Assembly: GCF_009834535.1 (NCBI RefSeq)
Contig: NC_045696.1
Coordinates: 22,136,001 to 22,200,000 of the forward strand
Reading direction: 5' to 3'
Origin: Camelus ferus
Taxonomy: Eukaryota
DNA: 64,000 nucleotides
The translations under genes were made by a program, and so were the position numbers. Numbering within the stretch: the stretch's first letter is position 1; each line of letters begins with the position of its first letter. A model generated the notes under the pieces. That model did no database searches. It had not been told where the DNA came from and was given only the letters and a program-made list of their open reading frames with translations. Positions 25,251 through 39,390 of this stretch are shown in pieces.

Positions 25251-28200
25251 TAAATTTTTTTGAAAGAATCTCTATTAAGAATTTGTAAATTAGGCCATAA
25301 TTAAATCTGTTTTGAGTCAAAGCTGAAATAAAGTCAATTAAAAATCATAAATTCCTATATTTTTCTAAAACATTTCTATACTTAATTATATAAATGGCCA
25401 GTAGTACAAGATCTTAGGTCTAAAACCTTTTTATTGAATGTTTATCTGGGAAGTTCAGATTTGCATGTATCAAAGAAGGGAACAGGCATATGATTTAGAT
25501 GATACTTCTATTCAGTTAACATATTTATAATTTAGTAAAAAGGCTGCCCTTTTACCAAATGTGATAAGTTACTTTCTCAGTTTAATCAGATGGAATCAAA
25601 TTGTTGGAACTGACTTTTTTTTGTTTTATATACATATTTTTTTGAATTGTACACTATTTGGCCACTTCTATTTAAAGTCTTCCCAGGGTAACTTCTTTAG
25701 GTTTTAAAATTATATATAAAATTAGAGGGAGCATAAATGAGATCCTGTTGGAAAGCAGCTCAGCATCTACAAAGTTCTGGCAATTGACCTAATTATTACA
25801 TTTGGTCAAAGAGAACCTTCCAAGGACTGAGTTTCCACAGCCTCACTCATGTAATTTATAATTTAGGTAACTGTTTTACAGAATTTGCCTGGATTATTAG
25901 ATCTGATCATCTTTCTAAGCAAAATTTTTTTATACCTGAGTTTTTGTTTTTTAAGTCAACGCAAACTTCATGTGAAAAATGTGATTGCAGTTGGAAGCCT
26001 GTGCAGGGAGCAAACAGTACATCTGATGTGGTTTAAAAGTAAATTAGAGACAGTCACGCAGAAGCAGATCTTCTATGTTTTAGGAAGCTTTTGAGTAGTC
26101 TTCCTTAGTTAAGGAAATAACTTAAGGGGGGACAGGCCCTGGGGTGGGTGAAGGGAATAAGCAGGGTGAAAAAGAACCTTTTGTCTTTCAAGCAAGGTTT
26201 TACTGTTCAAGGAACAGCCTGTAGCAAAGCTGTCATTTGGAAAGAAATAGTCTTTTTACATAAAGAATCCAGAGCCTGCAGGGAGAGAAGTTAGGAAGAC
26301 TCCAGGTCAACCGGAGTAGCCTGGAGACAGTAACCTGGAGAGGAGGATCAGTCTGACTGAGGACCTGGGGTTTGCGAAGGAACTGGCCAACTGGACGTAT
26401 TCGTTGGAGGCGGGGGAAGCGCTGATTTGAGCACTGGGTGCAGCTGATGATCTGGCCTCAACAGCTGTTTGGCAAACAAGGGTTCAAGCCTGTGAGCAAG
26501 CACCAAGAGACCTTTGTCAACCAACTGCGTCATCAGTTTCTGATGGTGTTTGGAATTCTGGCATTTGCAAGTATGACCAACCTGGCTGGGATCCTTAAAC
26601 AACTGAGTTCTTAAGAAGCAGGTTCTAGACCTCTTATTCAAGGGCAGATGGGTACTGGAGACATTAATTAAACAAATAAGAGGATGTACCTGTCTGCCCC
26701 TAGTTTTGAGGCAGTGATGTACATTTGAAAATACTCCATGTGAACTTACGACATTTTTTTTTAATATCAGCTCACTCACATCACTCACTCAGCTGGCTGT
26801 GGTTCTTTGTTTCCCTGGCAGTATGAAAGGCTCAAAACTCAAATGCCTTCAGGTATGAAGCAGCTAAAACAATTATGTCCTATAGCAAGGAATGCTTGTG
26901 ACCACAGCAAACTGAAGGGTACATCTCTTACCTAGGGGAATCCAAATTAAATGATATTTAAAAATCTGAGCTGATGAAGACAAAGGAAAAAACACAAGCC
27001 TGTAGGCTGAATTCAGCACCTCAACTGTCACTTTGATACTTTTCAACGCCAGGGTAGCTAGAACCTGTTCTGATTTATTCCGATCTGTTTCTGCTCCCCC
27101 AAGGTCACTAAGGAAGATTTTTTTAAAGGCTCCTACAAAGAATAGCCAACACTTTACTGAGCCAAAGCTCAGTTTCAAGCTCTAGGTCCTAAAGAGCCAG
27201 AGGTGACTAAGACAAGACCTCAAAGAGGTACCGGGCTCACTTGGATACTGCCAACCCCATTCGTTCAGTTTCCTGTCTCTCATTCCCTCATTCATCAGGG
27301 ATACTTCTCTGAAACATTGTTGGATAAATCTATTTTTACCTGCCTTAAAGATTTTTATTCAATATTTTTGACTCATTTCTTTTGTTGTGAGTATTAGGAA
27401 CCCATTCAAGCCTTGACCAGCTCTTGCCTACCCACATTTCACCCTTCGATCCTCACGCTGCTGCAGCCCCTGGACACCCTCAAACCCTGGCTCACATCTC
27501 TGACCATGCCTTCTGCTCTGCGCACCCAGCAGAGTTCCTGGCACATTGTGTGCTTTTTGTGTGCTTAATGATTTCAACAGTCTTCTGTTGGCCTGGAATT
27601 GTGGTTAATACTCCTGATTTTTCTCTTTGTGAGTCTCTTTACACGGACCTGAATCTTTGGACATTAAACCCGAGGTTCAGCGACCTAGTTTCCTGGTCTC
27701 TGAACGCTGCCTTCTCTCTGGTTTGGTGCAACATTTTGACTCTGCTTTCCTTTTCTGCAAGCAGAGTGCCCTTTTCCCCTCTCTCCCCCATGAACAGAAG
27801 CTCCTGCACTGAGATACCATTTCTTTTCTGCACTCTCAGCTCCTCAAGCTTGTAGTTTTTCCTGGTTCTTTTCAGTTTGTCCCCCATCTTCTTGTTACTT
27901 ATAATTCCCCTGATACTTTTGAAAGTATCGTTCTGTAAAGCTTCTCTCAGAAAGGTGAGAAATTTAGAGTGTAGAAGTGAATAGTAGAAGAGAAGTAACT
28001 CGTGCACTAGAGACCTCATCTTTAGAGAAAACTTAATCCCCATCATCCACTGAAAACAGTAAAGCATCAGTAGGAAGATTTTGGCTACAGAACAAAAGTC
28101 CTTCTTATGTCTAGCTTTTTGCCCCACTCTGTTTCCCTGTTTTTAGTCCCCAGATTATCTATTTTTCTTTCATCAAATAAAATATCCATGTGATTATATC

Positions 28201-30314
28201 ATTATGGGATAGATCATTTGGGGCCACTTAATCACTTAATTTTTGCCTATGAAGCGGCTCTCTGTTTTCCTAAAGATTTATTTCCCATATGATTTCCACT
28301 CTGAGTTTCATTTTAATTAACGAAATCCATCCTCATTCCTACAGCCACAGGACCTTTCTAATCACCTGTACATTCAGTGTAGCCAATACAAGCACTTCTT
28401 TTCCTTCTCACTCATTTATTTCTCATTAAATTCTCAAACAGCACAGTGTTTAAGGCTCACTAGACGGCGTTTCCTTTAGGAGTAATTGTTAAAAACATAA
28501 GTAACCTAATAAAACACCATATGCTTCTAAATTTGCTTTCTAAATATACATTAAATTTTAGGGATGAAAAAGAAATGTCAACCTCAAAATTATTCCCAGT
28601 CATTTTGATTTCACATTTTTCAGACTTTTCCTTGGCTGAAATTCTGGAACACTTTGTAAATATAGGATGAAGGCCACTCTCAGAGGCCAGTCAACTGAGC
28701 CTTGTCATTCACTTCTGATTTGAATGCTATACTATGCCTACAATAACAGTCTATTTTGATTGTTCCAAAAGTGAAACACACCCTAAAACCACAATTCATT
28801 TTGTTACCAAGTGAATATGAATAGTGCTGGAAACCCAGGCATTTCCAACTTTTCCCAAATCATCACCCCCCCCACCAAGTCCATTGTTAAGTATACTTTC
28901 CACACAAACATTATTATGTGACTATTTGGTTCCAAGACTGAGGGGAAAAGCCATTCAACCCTTCCTGGAAGGATTCTGCCATATGAATTCCTAAGAGAAC
29001 CCACATTTAGAGTTCCAGTTTGTACTATATACCAAGTACGTCCACATTCCCAGAGCTATGAAATTCAACTCTGCTCAGGCATCGAGAATAAAGGAGTGAC
29101 AAGATGGGTTAGTGCTGGCAGCGGGGCGAGGAGTGGGGAGGTGGCAGGCAGGTGGAGGACCACAGGATTTGGTCAGCTGGCTCAGCAGAATAAGGAAGTT
29201 TCTGACATCAGGGAGAGAAAGAAGGGAACCCCAAGACAGCTACAAAACAGAAAGTGCACATAATGGATGTTTATAAAATGCATGTTCATAAGCAAGAGAA
29301 TGTACCTCTGTCTGACCTTAAATACTTGTTTTGAAATATTTAGGGGCTTTTCCAAGGAGAAAACTGCAATCATTTGCTGTTGCCGGAAACTGCCCAGTAG
29401 CCTGGCACCCAAAACTGGTGACCAGGAAGTCAGAGTTCAACATAAGCTAGAATTAAATTACTTCCTTTCTTTGTTCATGTATTTCTGCTGAATGAGGAAA
29501 TTTTAGCAGTGATTTTTTATTCATTAGGAAGATGGAATATCACAGCAAGTCAATTACAGTCATAATGAAAATACCAAGATATTCTTATATGTTTCTCCAC
29601 AATCCACTATGTTCATCTGGGATAAAATACAGGACCTCCAGTGACAGAACACTGTAAGTGGAGGTGAATGCACTTTACCTCTCAATGTGAATAGATACAG
29701 ATGACAGGAATTTGTGAGTTGTGTTCAGTAGCTTCGAAAGAACAACATCTACAAAAGCAAATTTTTCAGGATTAAACCTAAAGTTCTTTCATAGAACTGA
29801 AATCTGAAAGCTATCCCCCCAGAAATAACCAAAGAAAAACACAGTGTTTTCAGAAGGCAAGGGAATCGTGATCAACACAAATACAGAGGGTGAGAAAGTA
29901 TGTTAAGTGTGGACATGTTAGAAGCTTGAACAGAGGAGTATCCAGAAGAGAACAGATCAGTGATTCTGAATCATTTTGGAAACTGCTACCTGCCATCCAC
30001 AATTATACTTTTTGCTTCATGGTATATTACATCCTCTGGAAGCATGCAACCCCTCCCACAGTTGTTATAGTTAACTGTATTTGGTATCAGTTGAAGAGCA
30101 CAACTATGCATGCAGGCATGTGACAAACCCAAGGGCGTTCTCAGCTTAGCCAGGGATTTTCTGTGCAATCCCAGGCATGCTTAACGCTCTGCATAAGAAC
30201 CATAACATATTCAACTATGCCAACCAATTCCTCCTACTGTAAGTAGGCTCTTACAATAGGAAAGGAGAATAGAAAAAATTGAATTCTGACTGTATTGTAT
30301 TCCACCCCTCCCAG

Positions 30315-30555
30315 ATAGGGTCCTGGAAGAGAAGAAAGGACATTACTGGGAAAATTAGTGAAATCCAAATAAAGTCTGGATTTATAGAAACAGATCAATG
30401 CTGATATTATAGTTTTATCAAATGTGCCATGGGAATATAAAATGTTAATATTAGGGCAAACTGGCTGAGGGCATACAGAAATTCTGTACCTACTTTGTTA
30501 ATTTTCTATTAATCTAGGTTTATTCCAAAAATAAAAAGGTTATTTAAAAAATAAA
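30315..30555 (+). mobile_element. Old L1 3' end fragment
   Basis: GGACATTACTGGGAAAATTAGTGAAATCCAAATAAAGTCTG...TTCTGTACCTACTTTG...TTCCAAAAATAAAA. Confidence 0.7.
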
Positions 30556-30974
30556 AACCTTCATCTCACCTTTTTCAGCAGTAATATCCAAATACAAATA
30601 ATATTTTCTATCAAACAATGTGTTCATCTCTGATCTACATTATTTAGTTTAAAACTTGGAGCAGATGCATGCGTAGCCAGGCTTGGCATTATGGTCCCTA
30701 TTTTACATGCAAGGAAATAGAAGGTTTGAGAGGTGATAATTTGCCCATCGTTCACTCTGTTGACTATGGTACAGATTAAGCTTATTTTTACAAGAAGATC
30801 TCAACAATACAGTGGTACCAAAAAAGCCATTGAAAAATGAGATATAATTAACATTCAACATTGTATAAGTGTAGTATATACAACTCATTGACTTGATACA
30901 TTTGTACACATATTGCAGTATGATTATCATCATGGAGTTGTCTACCTCTTCTGAAAAAAAAACACACATTTAAT

Positions 30975-31345
30975 GATTTATTTCTCTCTCATTTCACAGC
31001 CTAGAAGACAGTGTGAAATTATCTGAGGACCCAGGCTCCTTCCATTTTGTTGCTCCTTTAGGTTTTGCCCTTAGCAGGTGACCGGAAGCTCACTAATGCC
31101 ATATCTGATCTGCATTCCAGCCTCGGGGAAAGAGGGAAAAAGGAAGGGGCAGGCAGGCCACTCTTTCTTGTTAAAAACATTATAAGGAAGAACCCACATC
31201 ATTTTTACTTGCAGCCCATTGGCCAAAACTTCGTTATACAGCTACGCCTAACCTAAATGCAGTCCAGCTGGGAGGCTGTAACTGAGGGACTGGCCCTGAA
31301 AGGATGAAAAAGGGAGGAACAATTAATCAAACCTGCTACAATCAC
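30975..31345 (-). mobile_element. Old MLT1 (J/K/I-type) LTR fragment
   Basis: GGACCCAGGCTCCTTCCATTTTGTTGCTCC...CCCATTGGCCAAAACTT. Confidence 0.65.
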
Positions 31346-31783
31346 CAGGCTCCTTAGAACCGGAAAGGGGACTTTAATCAAGGTTTTCTGAACTCAAGTT
31401 TGTTATTCCTATTGCCTGATGAATATACATGTGTACTCTCCATTCATCACTATATAAAAGGGAAACTCAATAAATTCAGTTAATTTTTGTTTTACTTTTA
31501 AATATTTTTCATAACTAAATTTACCACTTGATAAAATTACTGACTTATTAGTCATTTCCTTCTGGGTCTTATCCTTCTGATGTTTATGTATTTCATTACA
31601 TCAATTTAAATGTGTTTATGTTTTCTGGAATGCATATCCAGAGCAATATTCACTTTTCTCTTAAAGCTGGCAAAAGACTAAAGTGCTAGACAGATGGCAG
31701 AAGAGAACTCAGCTGTGCTGTGTGGCCCATTTTGCCAACTGCCATGTGACCTTAGAAAAGCTATTTATCTGACCTTTAATCTC

Positions 31784-33381
31784 CAGGATCAAATCCGGGT
31801 TCTGTGGAACCTAAAGATTACATGTAATTTAAAGACCCTCTTTAAGAAAAATATCCAATTACTAATCCAAAATTAAGCATGAAAGTGAGTACTTATTTAT
31901 AGTGAGAAATGAAATAATAACAGAAAAAATTCTGAATGCTCACGAATACCACAACTATCACAAAGTCTTGAAAAATAAGATATGTTCATGCTGCCTCACA
32001 TAGCACTATCATACTTTACCCCCTACAGTTTTGGCTGCATACTATTTGATGCTGTCCTCATATGATGACAATTTTATAATACTTTTTTAAGGGGACAAAA
32101 ATAATTTTTTTTCTAGCATGATTAATTGAATCTTGTTTTTCTATCATCAATAGTTGGGAACCATTAAAAAAAACCCAGCTTCACACTCGGTGGTACTTGT
32201 CGTTTGTAAGTATTGCTATTGGCTTTGCCTTACAAACACAGCAATTATAATAAATTCTATTTTGTGGGATTCCCATCTAATAAAAGAAGAAAATGGTATG
32301 CATATAGTTATATGTGCTATATGATCAAGTATGTTTCTGACAGGAGGAAATCTCTACTTTGACTAGACATCAAAAATAACTGAATCCTCCCTGCTTTTGA
32401 CTTTTTTTTTTTTTTGCGATGTTTGTATTTTACAATTTTAAGACATTTTTTGGAGCAGTTTTAGGTTTACAACAAAACTGAGAGGAATGTACAGAGATTC
32501 CCATATACTCCACGTCCCCGCACATGCACAGCCTGCCCCATTACCAAACGTCACTCACCAGAATGCTACATCTTTACCAAAATGAACCTACATCAACACA
32601 TCATAATCACCCAAAGACCATAGTTGACCTTGAGTTCACTCTTATTGCTGTATATTCTATGGGTTTGGACAAATGTATAATGACATATATCCATCATTAT
32701 AATGTCATACAGAGTATCTTCACTGCCCTAAAAATTCTCTATGTTCTCTGACTAATCAACTCCTCCATCTCCCCACTCCCCAACCCCGGCAGCAACTGAT
32801 TTTTTCATTGCTCCACTTCAGCATTTTCCAAAATGTCTTATAGTTGGAATTACACTGTGTGTAGCCTTTCCAGATTGGCTTCTTTCACTTAGCAAGGTGC
32901 ATTTAAAATTCCTCCATGCCTTTCCATGGTCTCTTACAGTTTTACAAATCAGATGACTGGAAAAGTGTCTCCCAAACTAGCTTCTTTATTTCAAGCCTCC
33001 TTTCTTCTCTACTGTCCACCGGGATCAGAGACTGAATCGAGGGAAAGGAGCACCACATCTAAACCTTGGGACAACTAGCAATGGCTTAACCATTCATGGC
33101 AGTGACCTAGAACCTTCTAAATATATTCCACCACGCCCCATCGAAGTGCATCCTCACCTCCACTTCCCTCAGCCAGTTACCACAAATGCCCATTGTCATC
33201 CAAGACGAGGTGAAGCACGGTGGAGAAGTCAGAAAGGAAAGAGACAGCAGTAATCTGAAGACATGCTTTCTCTCGTAAGTTTACAGAAATATGTGACAAT
33301 GTAATCACACCGTCAGGATTCCTCCCAGAGCCTGTGCTGGTGAAATGCCCTGAAGCTTAAGCTTGACGATAATCTGCCTCC
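31784..33381. mobile_element. Zaphod/MER115-type hAT-Tip100 DNA transposon relic
   Basis: Left end CAGGATCAAATCCGGGTTCTGTGGAACCTAAAG...GACCCTCTTTAAGAAAA; right end GGATTCCTCCCAGAGCC...GCCCTGAAGCTTAAGCTT...AATCTGCCTC. Confidence 0.7.
32440..32930 (-). mobile_element. L1MC-type 3' end nested in the DNA transposon
   Basis: GAGCAGTTTTAGGTTTACAACAAAACTGAG...TATGGGTTTGGACAAATGTATAATGACAT...CAGATTGGCTTCTTTCACTTAGC. Confidence 0.85.
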
Positions 33382-35454
33382 TTTTACTCACATGTAAAAT
33401 AGGGATAATACTGACCTAGCTTATTGAGAGGATTGAGTGGGGAGGATTCACACAAACACTTTGAAAATGAAAGGTTTCCAGGAAAGTAGATGCATGTACA
33501 CTTGACACAGGAACTTTGTGGAGGATTTGCCCCCAAACCGATCATCTCAGTGAATGTAAAGATAAATCTCTTTCTGGTTTATTTCCATCTATGCTTTATT
33601 CTTTTCTCCCACCTTACTTATATTGTGTTCATTTTTCCATATTTTATTTCCTGCTTTTTCTGATCCCTCTTTTCTCCCACCTCTAGCCCCTCTTCTCCCC
33701 CTCAACTCACAAATCCTGTGTTTTGTGTCCACTTCTGCAGCCACAGGCTGGTCCCTCAGCTTTTTCTAAGCTGCTTTCCATATCTCTAAAACATGTGGCT
33801 GCAAGGGCAGCCATCTATCTAGGAGAGACAGGCAGCCACGTGATGCCCACTCTCCAGATGGGGCTTCAGGGTGACCCTTCAGTCTGATCATCAGGCTCCA
33901 CTTATGAAATACAGCCTCTGATGAAATTCATGGCAGGAAAACTCCCTGCACAACGTGGGGCAACAGCATGATGGATGGGCTGGAGATGATGGATCGTCCC
34001 CTCTCACCCTTAGTCCATGAATTTTGGTTCAGGTTTCCTCCAGCAGGGACGGAGTTGTCCCAGAGATAATGACAATCACCCAGGAGCTGGTCTCTGAGCT
34101 TACTGCTTGCTTAGGGGTATCTATCACCCTCATTACTCAATAAAGCTAATGATTACTGACGATGTAAGGGTTTAGTCCATTTCAGTGGTTTTTTTAAATT
34201 AAACAGACGGTTTGGCATATGTATCAAAATTCCTGGCACTGTAATAAAAAAAAATGTCTTCTAAAGTATGGTCAAAGTGTGGAATTAAAGTAAAAGAGAA
34301 GATTTATATATAGAAGCTTAATAATCCTCCTTGTCATCTGTTCATTCTTTTGGGGAAATAACTATTACAGCTCACTATAATCTTAATCCTACATAGTCAC
34401 TTTTTTTTTTTAAATACATGATCCTTTTTTGGTATTAGGAAATGAATCTGAAATCTGAATATGAAAATAATTGGGTGACTTTAATATGCCTGCTAACACT
34501 GTCTCATTAATCTCCATGGTGCTTCTGAAAGATGTATGGAATGTATTTTTATCTCCATTTTACAGAATGTGAAACCAAGATATCTCAAAGCTCTTTTACA
34601 TACTTAAGATCACACAGTGGCTCGGTAACGTAGTCAGAAATAAAAGCCAGCTTTTCTAAGAAGGGCACTGACAATTAATCAGAAACACAGCAAGTCTGCT
34701 CTTTGATGACTAGAAATTTCATCTGAAGACAGATGATGATTTGAGCAGTAATAAAGGTGGCACAGCTGGTGATTATATTACATCTTTAGGAGATTTTTTC
34801 AGTCCAAAAACCTGTAACATAGCATGTAGACTCTGCTTAGATTTGGTACATCACAGCAAAGATATCTGCCCCAAAAATTCTTATGAAGAAAATCTTATTC
34901 TCCCTCATTTATCTCCTTTATAAAATTCAGAAGTCATTCCTATGGAAAACAGAATCCATAGACACTGTGGAAAAAGAAGTTGCAATGCATAGTTCAAGAT
35001 TTGGTAGGAAGACAGTCGAGCACCTGGGGAATTGGGCTTAGTTACCTCCTAAGTCTTCTGGTTCCTGGTCCTGGAAACAACTCTGCAAAGCAGGAATAAT
35101 AATGGCCACATCTATATGGAACAGATGTGGCAAAATCACCCTTTGTATCCCCAGGGTTTGGTTTAGCCTGATGAGCAGGTGTTTAATGCGTAATTATTGA
35201 CTATGAAGGGGGAGGATCTGTAAGTAATCAAAGATATTCCAATGGGCTGCTATCACTCTGCCCAGCATACTTCCACCTGCAGATGATACTAATGTGCCTG
35301 GAGTATTTCAAGCTCTTTCCACTAGTAACACATTTCCAACCAAGAGAGCTCTTCTAACTTCAACACAAAGAACTTCCCACCTCTATGAATATACCAAGGG
35401 TTTACATTTGTAACTGCCATCATGTCACTTTAATTGAACAAATGACCGTTAATT

Positions 35455-35623
35455 CAGGGGTTTTCCAACTGTATTGAGCGTAATAATCACCTGGGGTGCA
35501 TATTAAACATACATTCTCAGGCCTCCAGCAATTCTGACTCAGATGGGAGGGCAGAGTTTAGCATTTAAATAAGAACCCCAGGGGATTTTGATACAGGCAT
35601 TCCAAGGACCACTCTTAGAGAAA
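35455..35623. mobile_element. MER5-family MITE
   Basis: AATCACCTGGGG...ATTCTGACTCAG...CCCCAGGGGATTTTGATACAGG...GGACCACTCTTAGAGAA. Confidence 0.7.
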
Positions 35624-36445
35624 ATAAATCTCTGTAAAATGGCCCTATTCCAGAGATAAAGAGAGGAGATTCAGAAAAGATTCTTGCCCAAGGCAACTCA
35701 TGCATTCCATCATTCGGTCATTTGGCAAATACTTACTGTGAGTATAAATGATCAGACACCATGGGTTTGTGCAAAACTAGAACCCAGTCTGATCCCCAGG
35801 CCATTGCTATTTCTACGCTGCCTGCAGCCAGATGTCATGGAAGCTCCAAACAATATATGAGACCGGCTGGGGGTGGACTCTGGAAAGGCTTCATGGAGCA
35901 GGCAGAATTTGGACAGAATTCCAGCCATCAATATGAACAGAAAGGAACTGGGCCAGCAAAGATATTTACAGTGGTATTAATGGCTTGTGTCCAGAACGTC
36001 AGGTTGCATTCAGAGGACCCGATGAGTGAGGCAGAGAAAGCACAAGGGTGTTACCAGTCAGGAACCCCACTCGGCAAATTTCAGATCTCAAAGCCTTACC
36101 TCCTGTATCTCCTGGGCAGTTCTCACTGCTGTATTCACGTTGGTTGAGACTTCCATTGGTAACAGGAAAATCCCACCAGCAGTGGCCTGAGCCCTCCATA
36201 CCCAAACACCCCAGAGTCTCCAGTCTCAGCAGCCTTGTTCTGAATGCCTCTCTTCCCCCAGGCTTTCCGGTAGAAACTCTTCTTCACAAACAACTTGTTG
36301 ATGCAGAAGATGGAAAGGGCTGCATTTAAAAACCAGACAAAAAGTATAAATATGACCTGGATTAAGTCCTCAGGACACAGGGGCCTCATGAGTGAGAAGG
36401 GGAACATTAATCAAGAGGCAGAAGCATGGAGTGACTGATCAGGGC

Positions 36446-36624
36446 ACTTTGGTTCTAGCCTGGGCTGCGTATTAGAATCACCTGAGGAGCTTCTGAAACA
36501 ATACCGATGCCTTAGCACTCCCAAGACCAATGGAATCAGGAACTCTATGGTGGAGTCTAGGCGTCAGTACAGTTTAAAAGCTCACCGGGTGGTTCTAGTA
36601 CACATCCAAGGTTGCAAACCACTC
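36446..36624. mobile_element. MER5B-type MITE
   Basis: GGCTGCGTATTAGAATCACCTGAGGAGCTT...CCAAGGTTGCAAACCACT. Confidence 0.8.
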
Positions 36625-38899
36625 AACTAATAAGGCAGAGCCTGAGGATAACAAACACAGTGTAAATGTGCTGGAGCCAATGAGTTGTGATGCAGGTGGC
36701 TTCACAAAAAATGATTTCAACCTGTGACTAAGAGGTCGTGCAAAAAAAGGCTCAAGTTATCCAAGGAGAGGGTTAAAGGTGTGAGCCAGCCAATCTGAGA
36801 GTTCTTGCCTGTGGAGGACCTGAGAAGTAAGCAACATGTGTCAGGCTGGAGAAAGTGACTTTATAAATCAATCATTATCTCCACTATTCAAATAAGGAAA
36901 CTGAGCTGTGCACAGGTAAAACTGCCCAAAGCTTTTAAGGCAATTGTCCCAAGATAGATAAATGATTATCAAATCAAACTGATTTTGATACAGGCAATAG
37001 AATACATCTAGTTGAATTACAGGACATTGCCATTTTTGTAGATTATAAACAGTTGAATACAGGCAATATAGCATGGTTTATCCCAACACATTCCCATCCA
37101 ATCTTGTCTTTAGGTTGTTTCTCATTCAATTGTTGCTGCTAACATATTTATACAGAAAGATAAACTGTATCTTGCCCTGAGAGTGCTCTAGAACCTTCTT
37201 CTAAATGCAAATTACATCATATCAGAATTGTCTATATTCATATATCAATTTGTCTATTTGTCTCATATCAACAATCAGTTCCACTTGATAAAGAGTATAA
37301 ACTAAAAGGATCAGAGTAAATAAATAACTCTCCCTGACAACAAAATCAGACGAATAAACCTTTTACAGGGCTATCAACCTTAGCCGTAGAACCTGAGATT
37401 GACGAGGCAGCTTCCAGGTTTCCATGGGAACAAGGGCAAAGCTCGCAACAAAGTAATAGAAATGAAGCCTGTGAACTTAATCGCTAACAAAATATTTAAT
37501 AAAATCAGGGAAGAAGAGCAAACTTTTCTCCCCCAAGAATGTTCTGGGTATCAGAATATCCTAGAAGAAATTTCGGTGACTCTAACATCAGTTCAATAAG
37601 TAAGACTCTGCCAAGGAAAGTTTAATTTGATTAAGATCCTACTAACTCTGTACTCCATCACAGGGTCCCATTTTTTAATTCAGCCTCCCTAGATTGCTCT
37701 GAGTAAGCTCCACGAGGCCAAGACCACCTCTGTCTTATTCAGCTCTTGACCACCAGTGCCTGGCACAGAACAAATTTATAAAAGCAGGAGTTGATGTGGT
37801 CACAATACAATGACTGCTTTTCTAATCCCAACTTGTCAGTAACTGGCTATGTGATACTGATCAGTCATGTAAATTATTTGGGCCTCCCTCTTCTTCATGA
37901 GAGAAAGAGGGCATTGGGGTGGACTCCCTCTTCACCTCTGTAATTCCAGTGCACAGAAGACACTGTGATGGGGTTAGTCCTATGCACAGGACAGTTAATG
38001 TTCCTGCACTCTTTTCTGGTCTATTCAAACCTTAGCAGCTCAAAGCAGCTCCACAGAGTCCTCTCTGTGCTTACCCAAGAGCACAGCAGAGAAGGACAGG
38101 GAGTGCAAAATTATGAGTCAAATCACAAAGAATTCTCAGGAGGCTTCTCGGGGTATCTGACACTGCCTGACCACAGAAGATTTTACCACAGCAAGGCTCA
38201 CAGGGACAGTGTCTTAGTATGCAGAAGTCAGATTCTTTGTTCATTGTCTGATTCGATTTGGGAATAATTTCTCAATCATATTTCATTTCACAGGGTCCAC
38301 ATTTCTGCTGCAGTTCAGTGAAGATTCCATTCTTTCTCTTTTTAAAAAAAACAATTGAAATTTTTCCGTGAAAAGCTGGTTTCTCCCCAATGGAAGGAGA
38401 GCAGATAAAAGCATCTTCCTAGCAAGGTCAGACTTTTAAAGCTCTCTGTCCTCAAGGAGAGATAACAGCCCCCAAGTAGTAAATGGAACACATTCTAGGA
38501 TTCCATTCCATTCTGAAGGAGTGAAGGTGGCCCCAAATACCACTGCTTTTAACCCTCTATTTTCCAACCACTTCATATTCCCTTCTACAAGGTTACAGGT
38601 TGGATCAAAAGGACTATACTCTAAAGGAAAGGGGGGAACAGAGAGAAAAAGACCTGGCACTCTCCATATCTACTCATCTAATAGAAAAAAGGCTGTGAAC
38701 TCCCAACACACATCCCTTACATGTCGAGGCAGATAACAGAAAGAGGTCTTAGACACTTAATTGCTTAATGAATTCTGAGCAACATATTTAAGCAGTTGAT
38801 ATTTTTGGAACATTTAATTGCAGTACTTATGAAACAACTATGAGGAAAATATCACTGTCCTGGTCAGAGACTGAGAATGCCACATTCCTGATGATCCTG

Positions 38900-39390
38900 G
38901 GATTCACTGCTGTGTCACAGAGCAATTCAAACTTTAGTGGCTCAAAGCAATATTCATTTGATGGTATCTTAAGACCTTTTGTATCCAATCAGGAATTTAG
39001 GCAGGACTCAGCTGGGTAATCCTTCTGCTTCCCATGGCATTGACTGAGGCTGCTCAGGATATCTGCCCAGTGGATGTGCTGAGTGGAGGGTCCAATGCAG
39101 CTTCATGCACACGTCTGGCACCCAGGAGGGGATGACTGGCAGCCAGGACTCAGCTGCAGCCACTGACCAGAGTGCCTATTCTGGCCTCTCCAGCATGATG
39201 GTCTCAAGTAGCTGGACTTACATGTTCTTGGAAGAAGTTTTCTAAAAACTGGAGATAGAACCTTCCAGTTTCTTAAGGACTGGGCCAAGCAACAGGTACA
39301 ATGCCATCTCTGCCATTTCCTCCTGGTCAGGGCAAACACTGAGTCACACGTTTTCAGAGTAAAGGGACATAGACAACTAAACCCCCAAAA
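38900..39390 (-). mobile_element. MLT1G/H-type MaLR LTR
   Basis: TTAGTGGCTCAAAGCAA...TCAGGAATTTAGGCAGGACTCAGCTGGG...TGGCCTCTCCAGCATG. Confidence 0.75.

Larger units (their letters stand above)
31700..33475 (+). mobile_element. MIR split in two (~31700-31783 and 33382-33475) by the Zaphod-like element
   Basis: Left TGTGACCTTAGAAAAGCTATTTA and right CTCACATGTAAAATAGGGATAATA...GAGGATTGA are consecutive parts of the MIR core. Confidence 0.6.

Noticed and set aside
26348..28127. ORFs of 101-162 aa
   Set aside because: No domain features or splice context; the composition reflects the underlying low-complexity DNA.
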